Assembly: GCA_965217775.1 (NCBI GenBank)
Contig: CBDCJH010000002.1
Location: forward strand, 4,608,001 to 4,672,000
Reading direction: 5' to 3'
From: Acidobacteriota bacterium
GTDB lineage: Bacteria > Acidobacteriota > UBA6911 > RPQK01 > JAJDTT01
DNA: 64,000 nucleotides
The stretch's first letter is position 1. Each line of letters begins with the position of its first letter. The notes under the pieces are model-generated. The model had not been told where the DNA came from. It saw nothing but the letters and a program-made list of their open reading frames with translations, and did not search any database. Shown here one piece after another: positions 20,207-31,242 of this stretch. The translations under genes and the position numbers were made by a program.

Positions 20207-20593
20207 CTAGAGCGCCTTGTAGACGGCGCCGAAGATCCGGACGGCTTGAGCATCCATCCTGAACTCGATACTCGAAATACGAGAGTTGACTTGGGTGAAC
20301 TTGTCGTCGATTCGCGCGCCGAGTTCCGCACCTTGTGCTTCAATCTTCGCTTCGAGATCCGCTCCCTGATTATCGATCCTCGCAACGGCTACCCCTTGCG
20401 CATCCAATCGGGCAGCAATTTCCTTGGTTCGGGCATCGATCTTCGCACCGATGACGGAGACCACGTTCCGGCCGGCACGGTTGCGAACCTCATCGTCGGC
20501 GCGGTAAGCCAATTCCGGCTCCACACCAACGCTCCGCAGGGCTTTGAAGAGTGCTCCGGTCGATTCAGTCCGTGTGGAGGTCTCAGGTATCAT
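20207..20593 (-). CDS. Small coiled-coil protein (CCDC90/DUF1640-like), possibly C-terminally truncated by a REP
   Basis: LFKALRSVGVEPELAY.A N-terminus and repeated IDAQG/IEAQG units. Confidence 0.55.
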   Translation of the reverse strand: MIPETSTRTESTGALFKALRSVGVEPELAYRADDEVRNRAGRNVVSVIGAKIDARTKEIAARLDAQGVAVARIDNQGADLEAKIEAQGAELGARIDDKFTQVNSRISSIEFRMDAQAVRIFGAVYKAL

Positions 20594-21399
20594 TTCCACT
20601 TTTTCCTCAAGTCTAGCACGAGCCGAACTCCAGTTGGTGGCCCCATCTTGGGTCCTCGCACCGCAACGCAACGGCGTTACCAGCGTTCCTTTTCACACGC
20701 AACATTCGGTCCAGACGCGCTGTTCCAATGGATTGGCGCTTTTGGCATCCGCGAGACCGTCGGATGTCCCGGCAACTGCGAGAAAACAATAGTTATGTGT
20801 TGTGACTTTCCAGTGACCCACTGGGACAGGCGACTTTTTTGTCGCCTGCTCCGGATTGAGGAAAAGGACGAAGAGGTGGCGGAGTTTCGAACTCCGGGCG
20901 GGAATTGTGGAGATCAAGGCCGACATCCCGTGGTTGGTGACACAGTCTCGGACAGGACCTTGGATTGGGAGCTGTAAGCCGCTCAAGCTGACCACTTAGG
21001 TCGATACTTGGAGTGAGCTCGTGGGCGATGGAAGGAGTCTTCGAGGATCTGCTGGAAACCGGCGACCTGGAACGATTTCTGAGAGGGCGAGGTTGGACAA
21101 CCCGGCCTGTCGACGCCCCGCGGGCTCGGTTTCGAAAGGTCAGGTTCGACGTTCCGTGTTTTCCACGGATGGTCGAACCAAGTGATCAGGCGCAAGCGAT
21201 TTCTGTCTGGAATCCGCGGACTGGGATAGTCATTTAAGAAAAGCCGGAAACCAGCCGAAATCTAGCGCAAGTCGATGTGCGACGGTTTTTCGGGTAGCCC
21301 TCGATCGATCATTTTCAGCTTCGGTGGGTGACTGCAGGGGGGATTTGTAGGCCCCGACTTGGCTGCTCCTCCGGTCCCGTCTCGGGATATTGTTGCTTT

Positions 21400-21583
21400 G
21401 GAGTTCGGCGGTTGGAAACCGTCGCTCCGCTCGGCGGCTAGAAACCGCCGCTCCTTTCGGCGGCTAGAAACCGCCGCTCCGCTCGGCGATTGGAAACCGT
21501 TGCTCCTCTCGGCGGCTAGAAACCGCCGCTCCTTTCGGCGGCTGGAAACCGTCGCTCCTCTCGGCGATTGGAAATTGCCGCTC
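21400..21583. repeat. Cluster of about 7 same-orientation REP hairpins
   Basis: CGGCGG(T/C)T(G/A)GAAACCGCCGCTCC variants. Confidence 0.85.
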
Positions 21584-21585
21584 CG

Positions 21586-21625
21586 AAAAAAAAGGGGCAA
21601 CCGCTGATGCGGCTGCCCCTTTTTT
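21586..21625. terminator. Rho-independent terminator (bidirectional geometry)
   Basis: A-tract, GGGGCA/TGCCCC stem, T-tract just downstream of the 21647 stop. Confidence 0.85.
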
Positions 21626-21646
21626 CGTTGGGTCCGCTGGGGACCG

Positions 21647-24600
21647 TTACTGGACCGGGACCACCGGGAGGGTGGTGAAGATCCGGTTGTTGAAATCCAT
21701 CTCCAGGGCAACACCGGTGAACATGGACCCCGCCGGCGCGGTGCAGTGGACCGAGCCTTCGAAGTCGTCCGTGTTGGCATTCGGGAAGAGCTCGTGGATG
21801 AACTCGGAGTTCTGACCGTTGCCAGGCAGCTCGATCGGGTTCTCGCCCATCGGGTTGCCGCCCTTCATCAACCTGCAGGTCACCGTCGTCATTTCCGCCA
21901 TAAGGTTGCGGATCGCGGCGCCGGTGTTGATGCCGTTCATCACGCGGCGGGCCGGGAAGATGGCGGCGTTGACGGCTTCGCTGGCTCCCACTCCGGCGAC
22001 CCCGAAGTTGGGGATGTCGAAGCGGAGGACTCCGCCGATGGGCCCGTCGGAGACGACTCGCACCGAGCCGATCATGCCGTCGCCCATGCCACTGGTGGAG
22101 ATCGTCATTTCACCCATGGGTGGGATCTCGTCCATGACCATCAAGGCCCCGTCGCTGTCGACCTCGACTCCGTCCATCATCGCGTCCACAACCATCGAGG
22201 CATCGATCATGTTGCCCATCTGGTCATAGAAGTAGATGGCCGGTGAGACAGCCGAGCTGGCCACGTTGACGAAGACCAGGTCGGAACTGGTTGCCGTTCC
22301 TGCGAAATCGCCGTTGGCGAAGTGCGCAAAGTTCAGCATCGACTCACCACTATCGGAGCCAGTGTTCAGCGGCACCACCGGGAGGGTCGTGAAGATCCCG
22401 TTCGGGGCATCCAATTCCAGTGCAACTCCGGCGAACATCCCGCCGTCGGCGGCCGTGCAGCGCACTGATCCCACGAAGGCGGTGGTATTGGAACCCGGGA
22501 ACATCTCGTCGATGAACTCGGAGCTATGGCCGTCTCCGGCCAGCCTGACCATCTCGGTATCCATCACATCGCCGCCCTGCATCAGCATGCAGGTCACCGT
22601 CATAGGCTCGGCGCTGAGATTGCGGATCGCCGCTCCGGTGTTGATTCCACCCTCCATCCGGCGAGCCGGGAAGATGGCGTCGTTGACAGGTTCGCTGGCA
22701 CCCACGCCGGCCACACCGACGAAGGGGATGTCGAAGCGCAGCACGCCGCCCAAGCGGCCGCTGCCGAATACTCTTACCGAGCCGATCACCAGGGCACCTT
22801 CGCCGTTGGTCGAAATTGTCATTTCGCCTCTGCCTGCGATCCCCATGGGAACGGCCAAGGAGCCGTCGCCGGCCATCTCCAGGCCACCCATCAGATCCAC
22901 CACCGAATCGGCGGGAATCATCTCGCCCATCTGGTTGTAGAAGTAGATGGCCGGGGTCACCGTGGAAGTCTCCACGTTCACCAACACGATGTCGGAGGTG
23001 ATGGTCACCCCAGTCGATTGGCCGTTGGCAAAGTGGGCGAAGTCGATGCCCTCCATGGGCGTCGCCTCAACCGAGGCGGAGGCGCCAGTACCGATGGCGT
23101 TCACCGCTCTCACCTCGATTTCATGGCCGATCCCGTTGGTCAGGCCCGTCATGGTGTAGCTGGTGGCACTCGCGCCGCCGGCCACGGCCATCCAGTTGCT
23201 CCACTGTCCACCGTTCATCCGGTAGCGCACCTGGTAGCTGGTAATCGCGGACCCGCCATTATCGGCCGGCATCCCCCACATTACCGTGATGGTCTCGCTT
23301 TCGACTCTCGCCGTCAGGCCCGTGGGCGCGGTGGGCGCCCGGCCCGGCGTCGCGCTGTCTTCGGCAGCCGCACCTTCGCCGATACTGTTCACAGCTCGGA
23401 CCTGGAATCCATATTCCCTGCCGTTGGTAAGGCCGGTGACCGTGAGGCTCGTGGCATTGGGGCCGCCACTGACGGTCGCCCAGGCGCCGTAGGATTCACC
23501 GACTGCGCCGTAACGGTACTCGTAACGGAGAATCTGCGAGCCGCCGTCAGCCGGCGCATTCCAGCTTAGTGCGACCTGTTCGTCACCGCCCGTTGCCGTC
23601 AGATTCGCAGGCGCACCCGGGACCGATTCGGCCAACGTCGCGCTGGTCGTGGAACCCTGGCCGCCACCGATGCTGTTCACCGCGCGCACCTCAAAGGTGT
23701 AGGAGATCCCGTTTTCCAGACCGGTCACCGTGTAACTGGTGGCGCTGGCGCCGCCGGGAATGGTCGTCCATGCAGTGAAACCGCTACCGCTCTCCTGAGA
23801 ACGGTATTCGTAGCGGGCGATGGCCGATCCACCGTCGCTCGCCGGTGCGCGCCATCTCAATGTAACCTGCTGGTTTCCGGCAGTAGCCGTCAGTCCACCA
23901 GGCGCACCCGGCGTGCCCTCTACAGGTATGGTCACGGTCACCGGCGAGGGCTCTACACCCGCGTAGTCCGCGCCGCTCACCGAATGCGTCAGTGTGACCG
24001 ATTGCACTTCCTCGCTGCCGGCCTCTTTATCCACCATCACCGTCACGGTCTGTTCCGAATTCCAGGTCGCCGTCGTGAAGGTCAACGGCGAACCGCTCAC
24101 CGTCACATCGTCTCTCGGGCTATTGACCCTAATCTGCACGGCATCCGTTGGTTCGGTATTGAGCCGGATACGGTAGGTTCCCGTCCCGCCCGCCCCGATG
24201 GTGAGCGATGTCGGAGCTACTGTCACACCAATCGTGTCGTTATCGCTGAGCGTCACCAGCACGGGCGTAACCGTCAGGGACTGCACCCCGTCCGTGTTCG
24301 GGTCTATGTCTTCGTATTCGTCGGCGCCGCTCACCTTGTGGGTCAGCGTCACTGGTACGTCTTGGACCGCGTCATCGTCCTCCGACACACTCACCGTCAC
24401 CGATTGCTCACGGTTCCAGTTGGTGGTCGAGAACGACACCCGCGACCTGCTCACCCTCACGTCGCCGGATGCGCCGGATATGTCCACATACACCGACGCC
24501 GTCGGCGCCTTGGTCAATACCATCGTGTAGGAATCGCTTCCGCCTTCCTTGATCGACAACGACGTCGGGTTCACGGCCACACCTGGCACGTCGGCATCCA

Positions 24601-27409
24601 GCACGACGACCTCGACGTCCGCGGATTGGTCGGCACCATAGTCCGAAGCCGAGCTAGACACGGTGTTCGCCACATCTCCCATCTCAACCGTTGCATCGGC
24701 AGCCGCGTGCACCCTGACGGTTCGGGCCGTGAACCAATTGTTGGGTGTGAAGATCAGCGAACCCGGGCTCGCGGTCGTACCGGTGGGGCCGCCGCTTATC
24801 GTCACCGTTACATCGTCGTCCGGTTTTGTATTGAGCACCACGGTGTAGGTCCGGCTCGTACCCTGGGCGATCTCCAGTTTCGCCGGCTTCACCGTCAGAC
24901 CCGCCATGTCGTTATCCGTGATGGCAACGATCACATCGCTAGCCGGCACGTCTCCGTAGCCACCGCCGTTCAGTTCGTGCATCAGTCTTACAGAGCCACC
25001 CGCTGCGTTGTCATCCTCTGCCGCACGTACCGTCACGTCCTGCGGAACGCTCCAGTTGCGCTGAGTAAAAGTCAGCGTGGTCGGATTGACCACCAGGGAC
25101 TCGTCTTTTGCGGCAGCCAAGCCAACCAAGCTCACCGTTACCGAACCCGTGGGCTCGGTCGTCAGCACCACGGAGTAGGACCTCGCTGCCGATCCCTCCA
25201 TGACCGTCAGTCGGCTGGGAGTTACGATCACCCTCTTGGGGTCGTTGTCGGTGATTGTGACCGTCACCGTGCCCCCGGTCACGCCGTTGTAGCCACCGCC
25301 GCTTGCGGCGTGGTCCAGTATTACCGCCTCGTCCGGTTCTCCGTCGGCGTCTTGGCCAGCCTTTACCTCCACCGACTGCGGTTCATTCCAGTTGCTAGTG
25401 GTGAAAACCAGGCGGGATGGCTTCACGGTCACATCGCCGGTCGCGCCGCGCACCATGACCGTCACGGTCCCCGTCGGTTGTGCTTCGAGGCTGACCATGT
25501 ATTCGCCAGTCTTACCCTCGGTAAGCGGCAAAGAATCGGTAGTTGTGATGATGCCTCGGGTTTCGTCCTCCCGGATCGTGACCCTGACGTTGTCTACGCT
25601 CTCGCGGTCGTAGTCGCCGCCGCGCACCGTGTGGCTCAGCGTCACAGCGTCGTCCGGCTCCCCGTCCGAATCGTGGGCAACACGGACCTCCACTGTCTGT
25701 TCGCTACGCCAGGTGGTGGCAGTGAACCTCAACTGTGACGGGTCCACGGTCACGTCACCCGACGCACCACTGATCGTCACGGTCACATTGCCATCAGCAT
25801 CGCCAACAGGTTGGGAATTCAGCGAGATACTGTAGTTTCCGGTTGCGCCCTCCACGACTTCAAGCGACGTCGGGGCCACACTGACGCCCCTCCGATCGTT
25901 TTCACTGACCGTCACCCGCAACATTCCGTTGGCCAGGTTCGGTCCGGTATCGCTGTTGTGCCTATGCGTCAACATCGCCGTGTCCGACACGGCATCATCA
26001 TCCTCGGCCACGGACACCGTCACTGTCTGCGTGTCGTTCCAGTTATCCGTCGTGAATTCCAATGAATCCGGATCAGCCATCACGTCCGAATTCGGGGAGG
26101 CCACCGCCACCGTCATATTGGTCGTTGGATCGGCGGCCAGCCTCACGGTGTACGTCCTGGTGGCGCCCTCGTTGATGGTCAGCGAACTCGGGCTGAGCCT
26201 GACACCGGGCTGGGTACCCGAGACAGTAACGCCGACAGGCGCAATCGTCACACCGTCGTAGGCCTTGTCCCTGCTGCTCGATGAATCGTCCACCGTATGC
26301 GTCATATTTACGGACCCCGACGCTTCCGAGTTCGTACGAACCGTCACCGTCTTCGGCCGATTCCAGTCGGTCGTCGAGAAACTCAGGCGGGTCGGACTCA
26401 CCGTCACGCCTTCAAGATCCGTATCTTCGGCCACCGTAATGGCCACCGAACGCGTCGGCCGAGCATCAAGCATTACCGTGTAGGTGGCGTTTGCGCCCGC
26501 CGCAATACTGAGCGAACCGGTACTCACGAAAACACCCCGGACGTCGTTGTCGGTGACCATTACCGACACCGTGCCAGGTGTGGGGCTTACAGCCACACCC
26601 GTGTAGTCGCCACCTCGAACCGTGTGCGTCAGGGTCGCTTCGTCGGTCTCTGCGTCGAAATCCTCGCCCGCAAACACGGTCACCGTCTGCATCATCTCGT
26701 AGTTTTCCGCGGTGAAGAACAACCGGGACGGACTCACCGTGATCTCGCCTGAAGCGCCACCGATGTCCACGGTCACCGTTCCCGTTGGTTCCGTCCCCAG
26801 CACCACCGTGTAGGAACCAGTCTCCTCGGCTTCCATGAAGGTCAAGGAAGTTTCACTCAGCGTTACGCTCCGCGTGTCTCCGTCCTTGACCGTCACCCTC
26901 ACTGACCCACGCGCCACGGCCATGGCCACGGCATCGTCATCGTCGCCAATGGTCGCCGTGTGCGTGAGCGTCATTGTCTCCGAGACTGCGTCATCATCAT
27001 TCTCCGTACTCACCGTAACCGTCTGCAGCATGTTCCAGTTGCCACCGGCACCGCCCGGCTCCTCAGGCGCAGTGAAAGTGAGTACGAGCGTCCCGTCCGT
27101 TGTGTCAGCACCTGGGGCACCCACCGTAATGTCCGCGTCGTCGGTAGGTGCTCCCACCACCGTGATTTTCACATCCTCAGACGGTTCGGTGTCCAACACT
27201 ATGGTATACGTGCCGTCTTCACCCTCGTCGATTTCCAGCGTCCTGGGATTCACGGTCACGGCCAGACTGCCCTGGGCGAACGCCAGCTGTGGCGTCGCGA
27301 GGAGCATCACGGCCAAGAGGGGGAGAAATCCCCTCCCCAGGTGGAAGAAGTAACATTTTCTGAAACCGTCACAGAACGATATGGATTGACCGGCATCACG
27401 TCTCAGCAT
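21647..27409 (-). CDS. ~1900-aa secreted surface protein: ~10 Calx-beta/cadherin-like repeats, 3 FN3 domains, 2 C-terminal FAHFANG domains
   Basis: Signal-like LLAVMLLATPQLAFA; ten FT..NWN..QTVTV-type motifs; FN3 W.AP..GGS.I..Y.YR; start codon uncertain. Confidence 0.88.
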   Translation of the reverse strand: MLRRDAGQSISFCDGFRKCYFFHLGRGFLPLLAVMLLATPQLAFAQGSLAVTVNPRTLEIDEGEDGTYTIVLDTEPSEDVKITVVGAPTDDADITVGAPGADTTDGTLVLTFTAPEEPGGAGGNWNMLQTVTVSTENDDDAVSETMTLTHTATIGDDDDAVAMAVARGSVRVTVKDGDTRSVTLSETSLTFMEAEETGSYTVVLGTEPTGTVTVDIGGASGEITVSPSRLFFTAENYEMMQTVTVFAGEDFDAETDEATLTHTVRGGDYTGVAVSPTPGTVSVMVTDNDVRGVFVSTGSLSIAAGANATYTVMLDARPTRSVAITVAEDTDLEGVTVSPTRLSFSTTDWNRPKTVTVRTNSEASGSVNMTHTVDDSSSSRDKAYDGVTIAPVGVTVSGTQPGVRLSPSSLTINEGATRTYTVRLAADPTTNMTVAVASPNSDVMADPDSLEFTTDNWNDTQTVTVSVAEDDDAVSDTAMLTHRHNSDTGPNLANGMLRVTVSENDRRGVSVAPTSLEVVEGATGNYSISLNSQPVGDADGNVTVTISGASGDVTVDPSQLRFTATTWRSEQTVEVRVAHDSDGEPDDAVTLSHTVRGGDYDRESVDNVRVTIREDETRGIITTTDSLPLTEGKTGEYMVSLEAQPTGTVTVMVRGATGDVTVKPSRLVFTTSNWNEPQSVEVKAGQDADGEPDEAVILDHAASGGGYNGVTGGTVTVTITDNDPKRVIVTPSRLTVMEGSAARSYSVVLTTEPTGSVTVSLVGLAAAKDESLVVNPTTLTFTQRNWSVPQDVTVRAAEDDNAAGGSVRLMHELNGGGYGDVPASDVIVAITDNDMAGLTVKPAKLEIAQGTSRTYTVVLNTKPDDDVTVTISGGPTGTTASPGSLIFTPNNWFTARTVRVHAAADATVEMGDVANTVSSSASDYGADQSADVEVVVLDADVPGVAVNPTSLSIKEGGSDSYTMVLTKAPTASVYVDISGASGDVRVSRSRVSFSTTNWNREQSVTVSVSEDDDAVQDVPVTLTHKVSGADEYEDIDPNTDGVQSLTVTPVLVTLSDNDTIGVTVAPTSLTIGAGGTGTYRIRLNTEPTDAVQIRVNSPRDDVTVSGSPLTFTTATWNSEQTVTVMVDKEAGSEEVQSVTLTHSVSGADYAGVEPSPVTVTIPVEGTPGAPGGLTATAGNQQVTLRWRAPASDGGSAIARYEYRSQESGSGFTAWTTIPGGASATSYTVTGLENGISYTFEVRAVNSIGGGQGSTTSATLAESVPGAPANLTATGGDEQVALSWNAPADGGSQILRYEYRYGAVGESYGAWATVSGGPNATSLTVTGLTNGREYGFQVRAVNSIGEGAAAEDSATPGRAPTAPTGLTARVESETITVMWGMPADNGGSAITSYQVRYRMNGGQWSNWMAVAGGASATSYTMTGLTNGIGHEIEVRAVNAIGTGASASVEATPMEGIDFAHFANGQSTGVTITSDIVLVNVETSTVTPAIYFYNQMGEMIPADSVVDLMGGLEMAGDGSLAVPMGIAGRGEMTISTNGEGALVIGSVRVFGSGRLGGVLRFDIPFVGVAGVGASEPVNDAIFPARRMEGGINTGAAIRNLSAEPMTVTCMLMQGGDVMDTEMVRLAGDGHSSEFIDEMFPGSNTTAFVGSVRCTAADGGMFAGVALELDAPNGIFTTLPVVPLNTGSDSGESMLNFAHFANGDFAGTATSSDLVFVNVASSAVSPAIYFYDQMGNMIDASMVVDAMMDGVEVDSDGALMVMDEIPPMGEMTISTSGMGDGMIGSVRVVSDGPIGGVLRFDIPNFGVAGVGASEAVNAAIFPARRVMNGINTGAAIRNLMAEMTTVTCRLMKGGNPMGENPIELPGNGQNSEFIHELFPNANTDDFEGSVHCTAPAGSMFTGVALEMDFNNRIFTTLPVVPVQ

Positions 27410-27604
27410 GGGTTTCCTCCCAATTCGGCGAACTGGCTGCGAATTCTGGAAATAGCACAGCAGATGCTCTTGGCACAATTCGGGCAGTGTCACTGATCAA
27501 AAATAGCACAACGCCTCTGACACGACACTCTCCAGCCGATAAACTGCGTGTGCCTGAGGGTTTTTCGCACATTATAAAAGAGTCTTCTCAGACCTTTACT
27601 CCAA

Positions 27605-29080
27605 CTACGGGATTCCGATTCGAGCGACCAGTACATCTCCCAAGATGACCCGTGGCTCCATAGGCGACCGGCGGATCTTGCGCCGGTTGTAGACCACGGC
27701 GACTTCGTTCTCGCCGGAGCGGACCAATCGAGGGTATAGATGCTCGAAACCCTTTTTTGGCTCACTAATTTTCATCAACTCCGAGAAGCCGGACTCCAAC
27801 TCCCCGCTCCAGGCCAGATAAATCTCGGGCGATGCTCCGATCGCTCCTTTGGAATAGGCAACCAGGCATCCCCCTCGCCATGGTAGAAGGTCGAATCCGT
27901 AATAGAACCTGCCGGGTTCATGGTCCCCCGCCAGAGAGTCTCTCTCCCCTTCCGCGGACCTCCATCCCTTTGCGGCCGAAAAAAGACGATAGGAGAGTCG
28001 GCGATGGGTCTGGCCCCAATCTTCTCGTGACTCGAACCAGCCGGCGAGGAGCCCGTCGTTGACGGGGTGGAGGGAGGACCGGACCGACAACGCCTTCCGG
28101 TCGAAAATCACCTGGTCCTCGTTCCAGGTGGCGCCGCCGTCCGGCGAATGGTCGAAGTAGAGTGTCGTCCGATCGCCCTTCACGACGTGCCAAGCGACGT
28201 AAATCGAATCTTCCCGCACCGCCATTCTGGGCCCCTGACAGCTCATGGAGGGATCGTCGTTGACACGGACGGGTACGGACCAGGAGAAATCTCCTTTGGA
28301 TCTGCTGAAGACGACCGCTCGCCGTCCGGCCGTCCGGTCAATCCAGACCAGGCATGCCCCGACGCCCGGTCCAACGGCCAACTGGGGTGATGCCGTTCCA
28401 CCTCGCTTCCGACCCTCCGGGAAATTGACGTCCACCGGGCGCCAGTCCTCTCCGCCGTCGTTGCTCTGAAACAGATGGATGCGTTCCCGTTCCCCGGGAT
28501 AGCCATTGGAAACGGCCAGATAAAGGTTGCCTCGACCGTCGCCCATCAACTGGGGACGCCGGGCCAGGACCGTCCCCACGGCGAATTGGCGCGGCGGCGT
28601 CCAGGAAGTTCCTCCATCCTCCGATCGCCGATATCCGACCCGGAGCTCGCTTCTCTGCTTTCTCTGCTTCCGGCGTTCATTTCCGACCCAAGAGAAGTGA
28701 ATCACGCCAGATCGGCCGTGCACCCAAACCGCCGGGGATCGCTCGAGGGCGGGACTCTCCGCAATGGCAGCGGGTGAACCCCAGCGATCTTCCGAGCGGA
28801 CGTAGCGAGAAACGTAGACGTCCGTATCCTTATTCGGATTCGCATCGCGAACGGCAGTAAATCCGAGAAACAGGTCTCCGCCTGGAACAGCTTTCAACTG
28901 ATTGTAAGAAAAGGCGGTCTCGACGAACGCCTGGATTCCCGGCGGGTTGACCAGGAGCCGCGACAACTGCCGCCACTCGGCCGGGGCCGCGCCCATACTC
29001 TGCACAGGCGCCGCAACGACAGCCAAGAGAATAACGGCACCGGAAAATATCCCTCCCAACTGTCCGTTCAGCGGAAACAA
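27605..29080 (-). CDS. Secreted BNR/Asp-box (sialidase-like beta-propeller) protein
   Basis: SEDGGTSW, SNDGGEDW, SPDGGATW Asp boxes; signal peptide. Confidence 0.8.
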   Translation of the reverse strand: MFPLNGQLGGIFSGAVILLAVVAAPVQSMGAAPAEWRQLSRLLVNPPGIQAFVETAFSYNQLKAVPGGDLFLGFTAVRDANPNKDTDVYVSRYVRSEDRWGSPAAIAESPALERSPAVWVHGRSGVIHFSWVGNERRKQRKQRSELRVGYRRSEDGGTSWTPPRQFAVGTVLARRPQLMGDGRGNLYLAVSNGYPGERERIHLFQSNDGGEDWRPVDVNFPEGRKRGGTASPQLAVGPGVGACLVWIDRTAGRRAVVFSRSKGDFSWSVPVRVNDDPSMSCQGPRMAVREDSIYVAWHVVKGDRTTLYFDHSPDGGATWNEDQVIFDRKALSVRSSLHPVNDGLLAGWFESREDWGQTHRRLSYRLFSAAKGWRSAEGERDSLAGDHEPGRFYYGFDLLPWRGGCLVAYSKGAIGASPEIYLAWSGELESGFSELMKISEPKKGFEHLYPRLVRSGENEVAVVYNRRKIRRSPMEPRVILGDVLVARIGIP

Positions 29081-29279
29081 TTCACAGAACTCCTGATTGA
29101 AGGTCGAAAACGACCGTCCCGCCGGCGACGACGTTTCACATGCTCCGCTCGGAGTTCGGCGGTTGGAAACCGCCGCTCCCAGGCGATGATCTGTCTCCGG
29201 GCTGCGGCCATTCAGGATAGATACCGCACTTTGGGAAGGGTTGCAATTCGACAGGAGTGGGGGACGCTGGATTGGGCCA

Positions 29280-29318
29280 AAAGAGAAAGGGGGGAGCCCG
29301 GCATGGGCTCCCCCCTTG
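29280..29318 (-). terminator. Rho-independent terminator
   Basis: AAGGGGGGAGCCC/GGGCTCCCCCCTT stem followed by a T-rich tract on the minus strand. Confidence 0.8.
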
Positions 29319-29384
29319 GTTTGTCTCGGACCGCCGATCTCACCTCATTCAGGGAGAGACGATCCTTGCGTGATGCAATACAGC

Positions 29385-31067
29385 CTACTGGCCGTCATCG
29401 TCCGGAGACGGAGGCGACTTCAGCGTCCACGAGGCCGCGAAAGTCGAATCCGGAGTGATGAACTTCAACAAGGCTCGTCCCGTGGTGACGAATGTCCGGG
29501 TTGTGCCTGCCTCCTCCACGATCAGTGTACCGGCCGTGTAGGTCCGCTCGTCCACAGCGGGAACGCCATCGGGTTGCTCGAAGGCTTCAAGATTCGGAGG
29601 ATCTCCGTCTCCATAGTCCATCTTGCACTCCAAGGTGCCGCGCGCGAACTTTACCCACCCCGGAGAGGCGTTCATCATGGGTTCCATCCCGCCGTCATCC
29701 AGACCCATAAAGTCGCCATGGCCTGCGGTCGCCTCGGGAACGAGGCTCGTCAGGTGGCTCAGAGTCCAAGGTCCGTCGATCGCGTCTCCATCACAATCGC
29801 CGGCATTGACCATGACATTGATGCCGTTGACGATGATCGTGGTGCTCGGCATGTCCGCATCGGGATCTTCCGTGCCACCGCCGACGATACCAGGATCGTC
29901 TTCGGCAGACATCATCTCCAATTCGTTACCCATGGCGTCCATGAGGGTGACATCGATCGCCGTCATGGCGGGTATCAACATGTATCCGCCTGCATCCCCA
30001 ATCTCATCCGCCACGGACAGCAACAGCATGATCTGTTTGGAGGAGTCACTTACTCCGCTAAGGGATGGAAGCACCATAGCCCCCATTTTGATGCCTCTGT
30101 TGGAACGAGGGCCACTTTCGATTTTACCTTGTGCGGCCTCTGCATCGTCAACGGCATTGTCGCCATCGTTGGAATAGCCTGCTGCAGCGGTGTTCGTTAT
30201 TGTCTCCGTGATACCGGCGGCGTCCTTCTCGGCCAACATGGCTTCCGCCGGAGTACCGTCCAGAACCTGGTAGTCCTGCATTATCATCATCGCGTTGTCC
30301 GTATCAGTGACAACAGGCCGGACTACCGGCGTGCCGCCCCAGGATGCGGTCTGGTCGCTTCCGCCCGAACCGGTGCCAACCAGAGCCTCGGTGAAATGAC
30401 CGGTCAGGTGGTTGAATGAGATGACCTCAGCTTCGCCGACACCCCAAGCCGCGACGTTCGCGGAAGTGTCGTCTTCATCGCTACACGCCTCGATGTCACC
30501 GTCGGGGTTGGGATTAATGAGCATGAGGTTGTTGTCACCGGCGTCGGCGTCTTCCGTAGCGCTGCCCTGAGAAGTCTTAAGCTCACCGCAAGCGTCGATG
30601 TTGCCCATCCCATGCATGTCCTCAGCCAGGGCCTCCGGGAAAAGAGCGTTCGCCGTTTCGCCGGTGTTCATTTGCTCGCCAACATCAAGCTGTGCAGCGA
30701 CCGCGGTGACGGCAATCACAAAATGGCCGTTACCCATTTTGCCGCTTCCCATGATTTCGGCGCCCGTGTTCAGCTCAGTTCCTGGAATCATGTGGTCAAA
30801 CGGGTCGACCAGAACGCTGGATCCGCCGGGGATCACTCTCAGGTACCAGACAGCCATCTCCATATCGTTGTTGTAGTACTGAACCAGCACCGTAACCGCA
30901 TTACCATCAGGTTGCGCGTTCACAACAGAGATGTAGTTCGTATGGGCCATGTTGCTCTGGAAGATCAACTGCGAGCCCTTGTCGGCGGCGAGGCCCTGAT
31001 CCACGACCATAGTGACCGCGAGAATCGGGATCGCGCCCAGAACCAATAGTTTCAACCATCCCTTCAT
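29385..31067 (-). CDS. Secreted acidic Met/Asp-rich hypothetical protein
   Basis: RBS GGAGG, signal peptide, own terminator. Confidence 0.85.
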   Translation of the reverse strand: MKGWLKLLVLGAIPILAVTMVVDQGLAADKGSQLIFQSNMAHTNYISVVNAQPDGNAVTVLVQYYNNDMEMAVWYLRVIPGGSSVLVDPFDHMIPGTELNTGAEIMGSGKMGNGHFVIAVTAVAAQLDVGEQMNTGETANALFPEALAEDMHGMGNIDACGELKTSQGSATEDADAGDNNLMLINPNPDGDIEACSDEDDTSANVAAWGVGEAEVISFNHLTGHFTEALVGTGSGGSDQTASWGGTPVVRPVVTDTDNAMMIMQDYQVLDGTPAEAMLAEKDAAGITETITNTAAAGYSNDGDNAVDDAEAAQGKIESGPRSNRGIKMGAMVLPSLSGVSDSSKQIMLLLSVADEIGDAGGYMLIPAMTAIDVTLMDAMGNELEMMSAEDDPGIVGGGTEDPDADMPSTTIIVNGINVMVNAGDCDGDAIDGPWTLSHLTSLVPEATAGHGDFMGLDDGGMEPMMNASPGWVKFARGTLECKMDYGDGDPPNLEAFEQPDGVPAVDERTYTAGTLIVEEAGTTRTFVTTGRALLKFITPDSTFAASWTLKSPPSPDDDGQ

Positions 31068-31242
31068 TGGAAAGTCCTCCTTCGAATAAGTTTACAAATC
31101 CCCTGAAAACAGAAAATACCCGGAGCGGAGAATGTCCCGAGACTCCAACTCCGGGAAGGACGGAACCAAACTGCTGGTTCCCTCTTGACACACAAAACAA
31201 ATTACGCTCACCAAACCCTCTCTCCGACAGTGCTGATTAGGA

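Noticed and set aside
20700-21350. Short ORFs between the coiled-coil gene and the REP cluster
   Set aside because: No recognisable motifs or convincing starts; possibly decayed DNA
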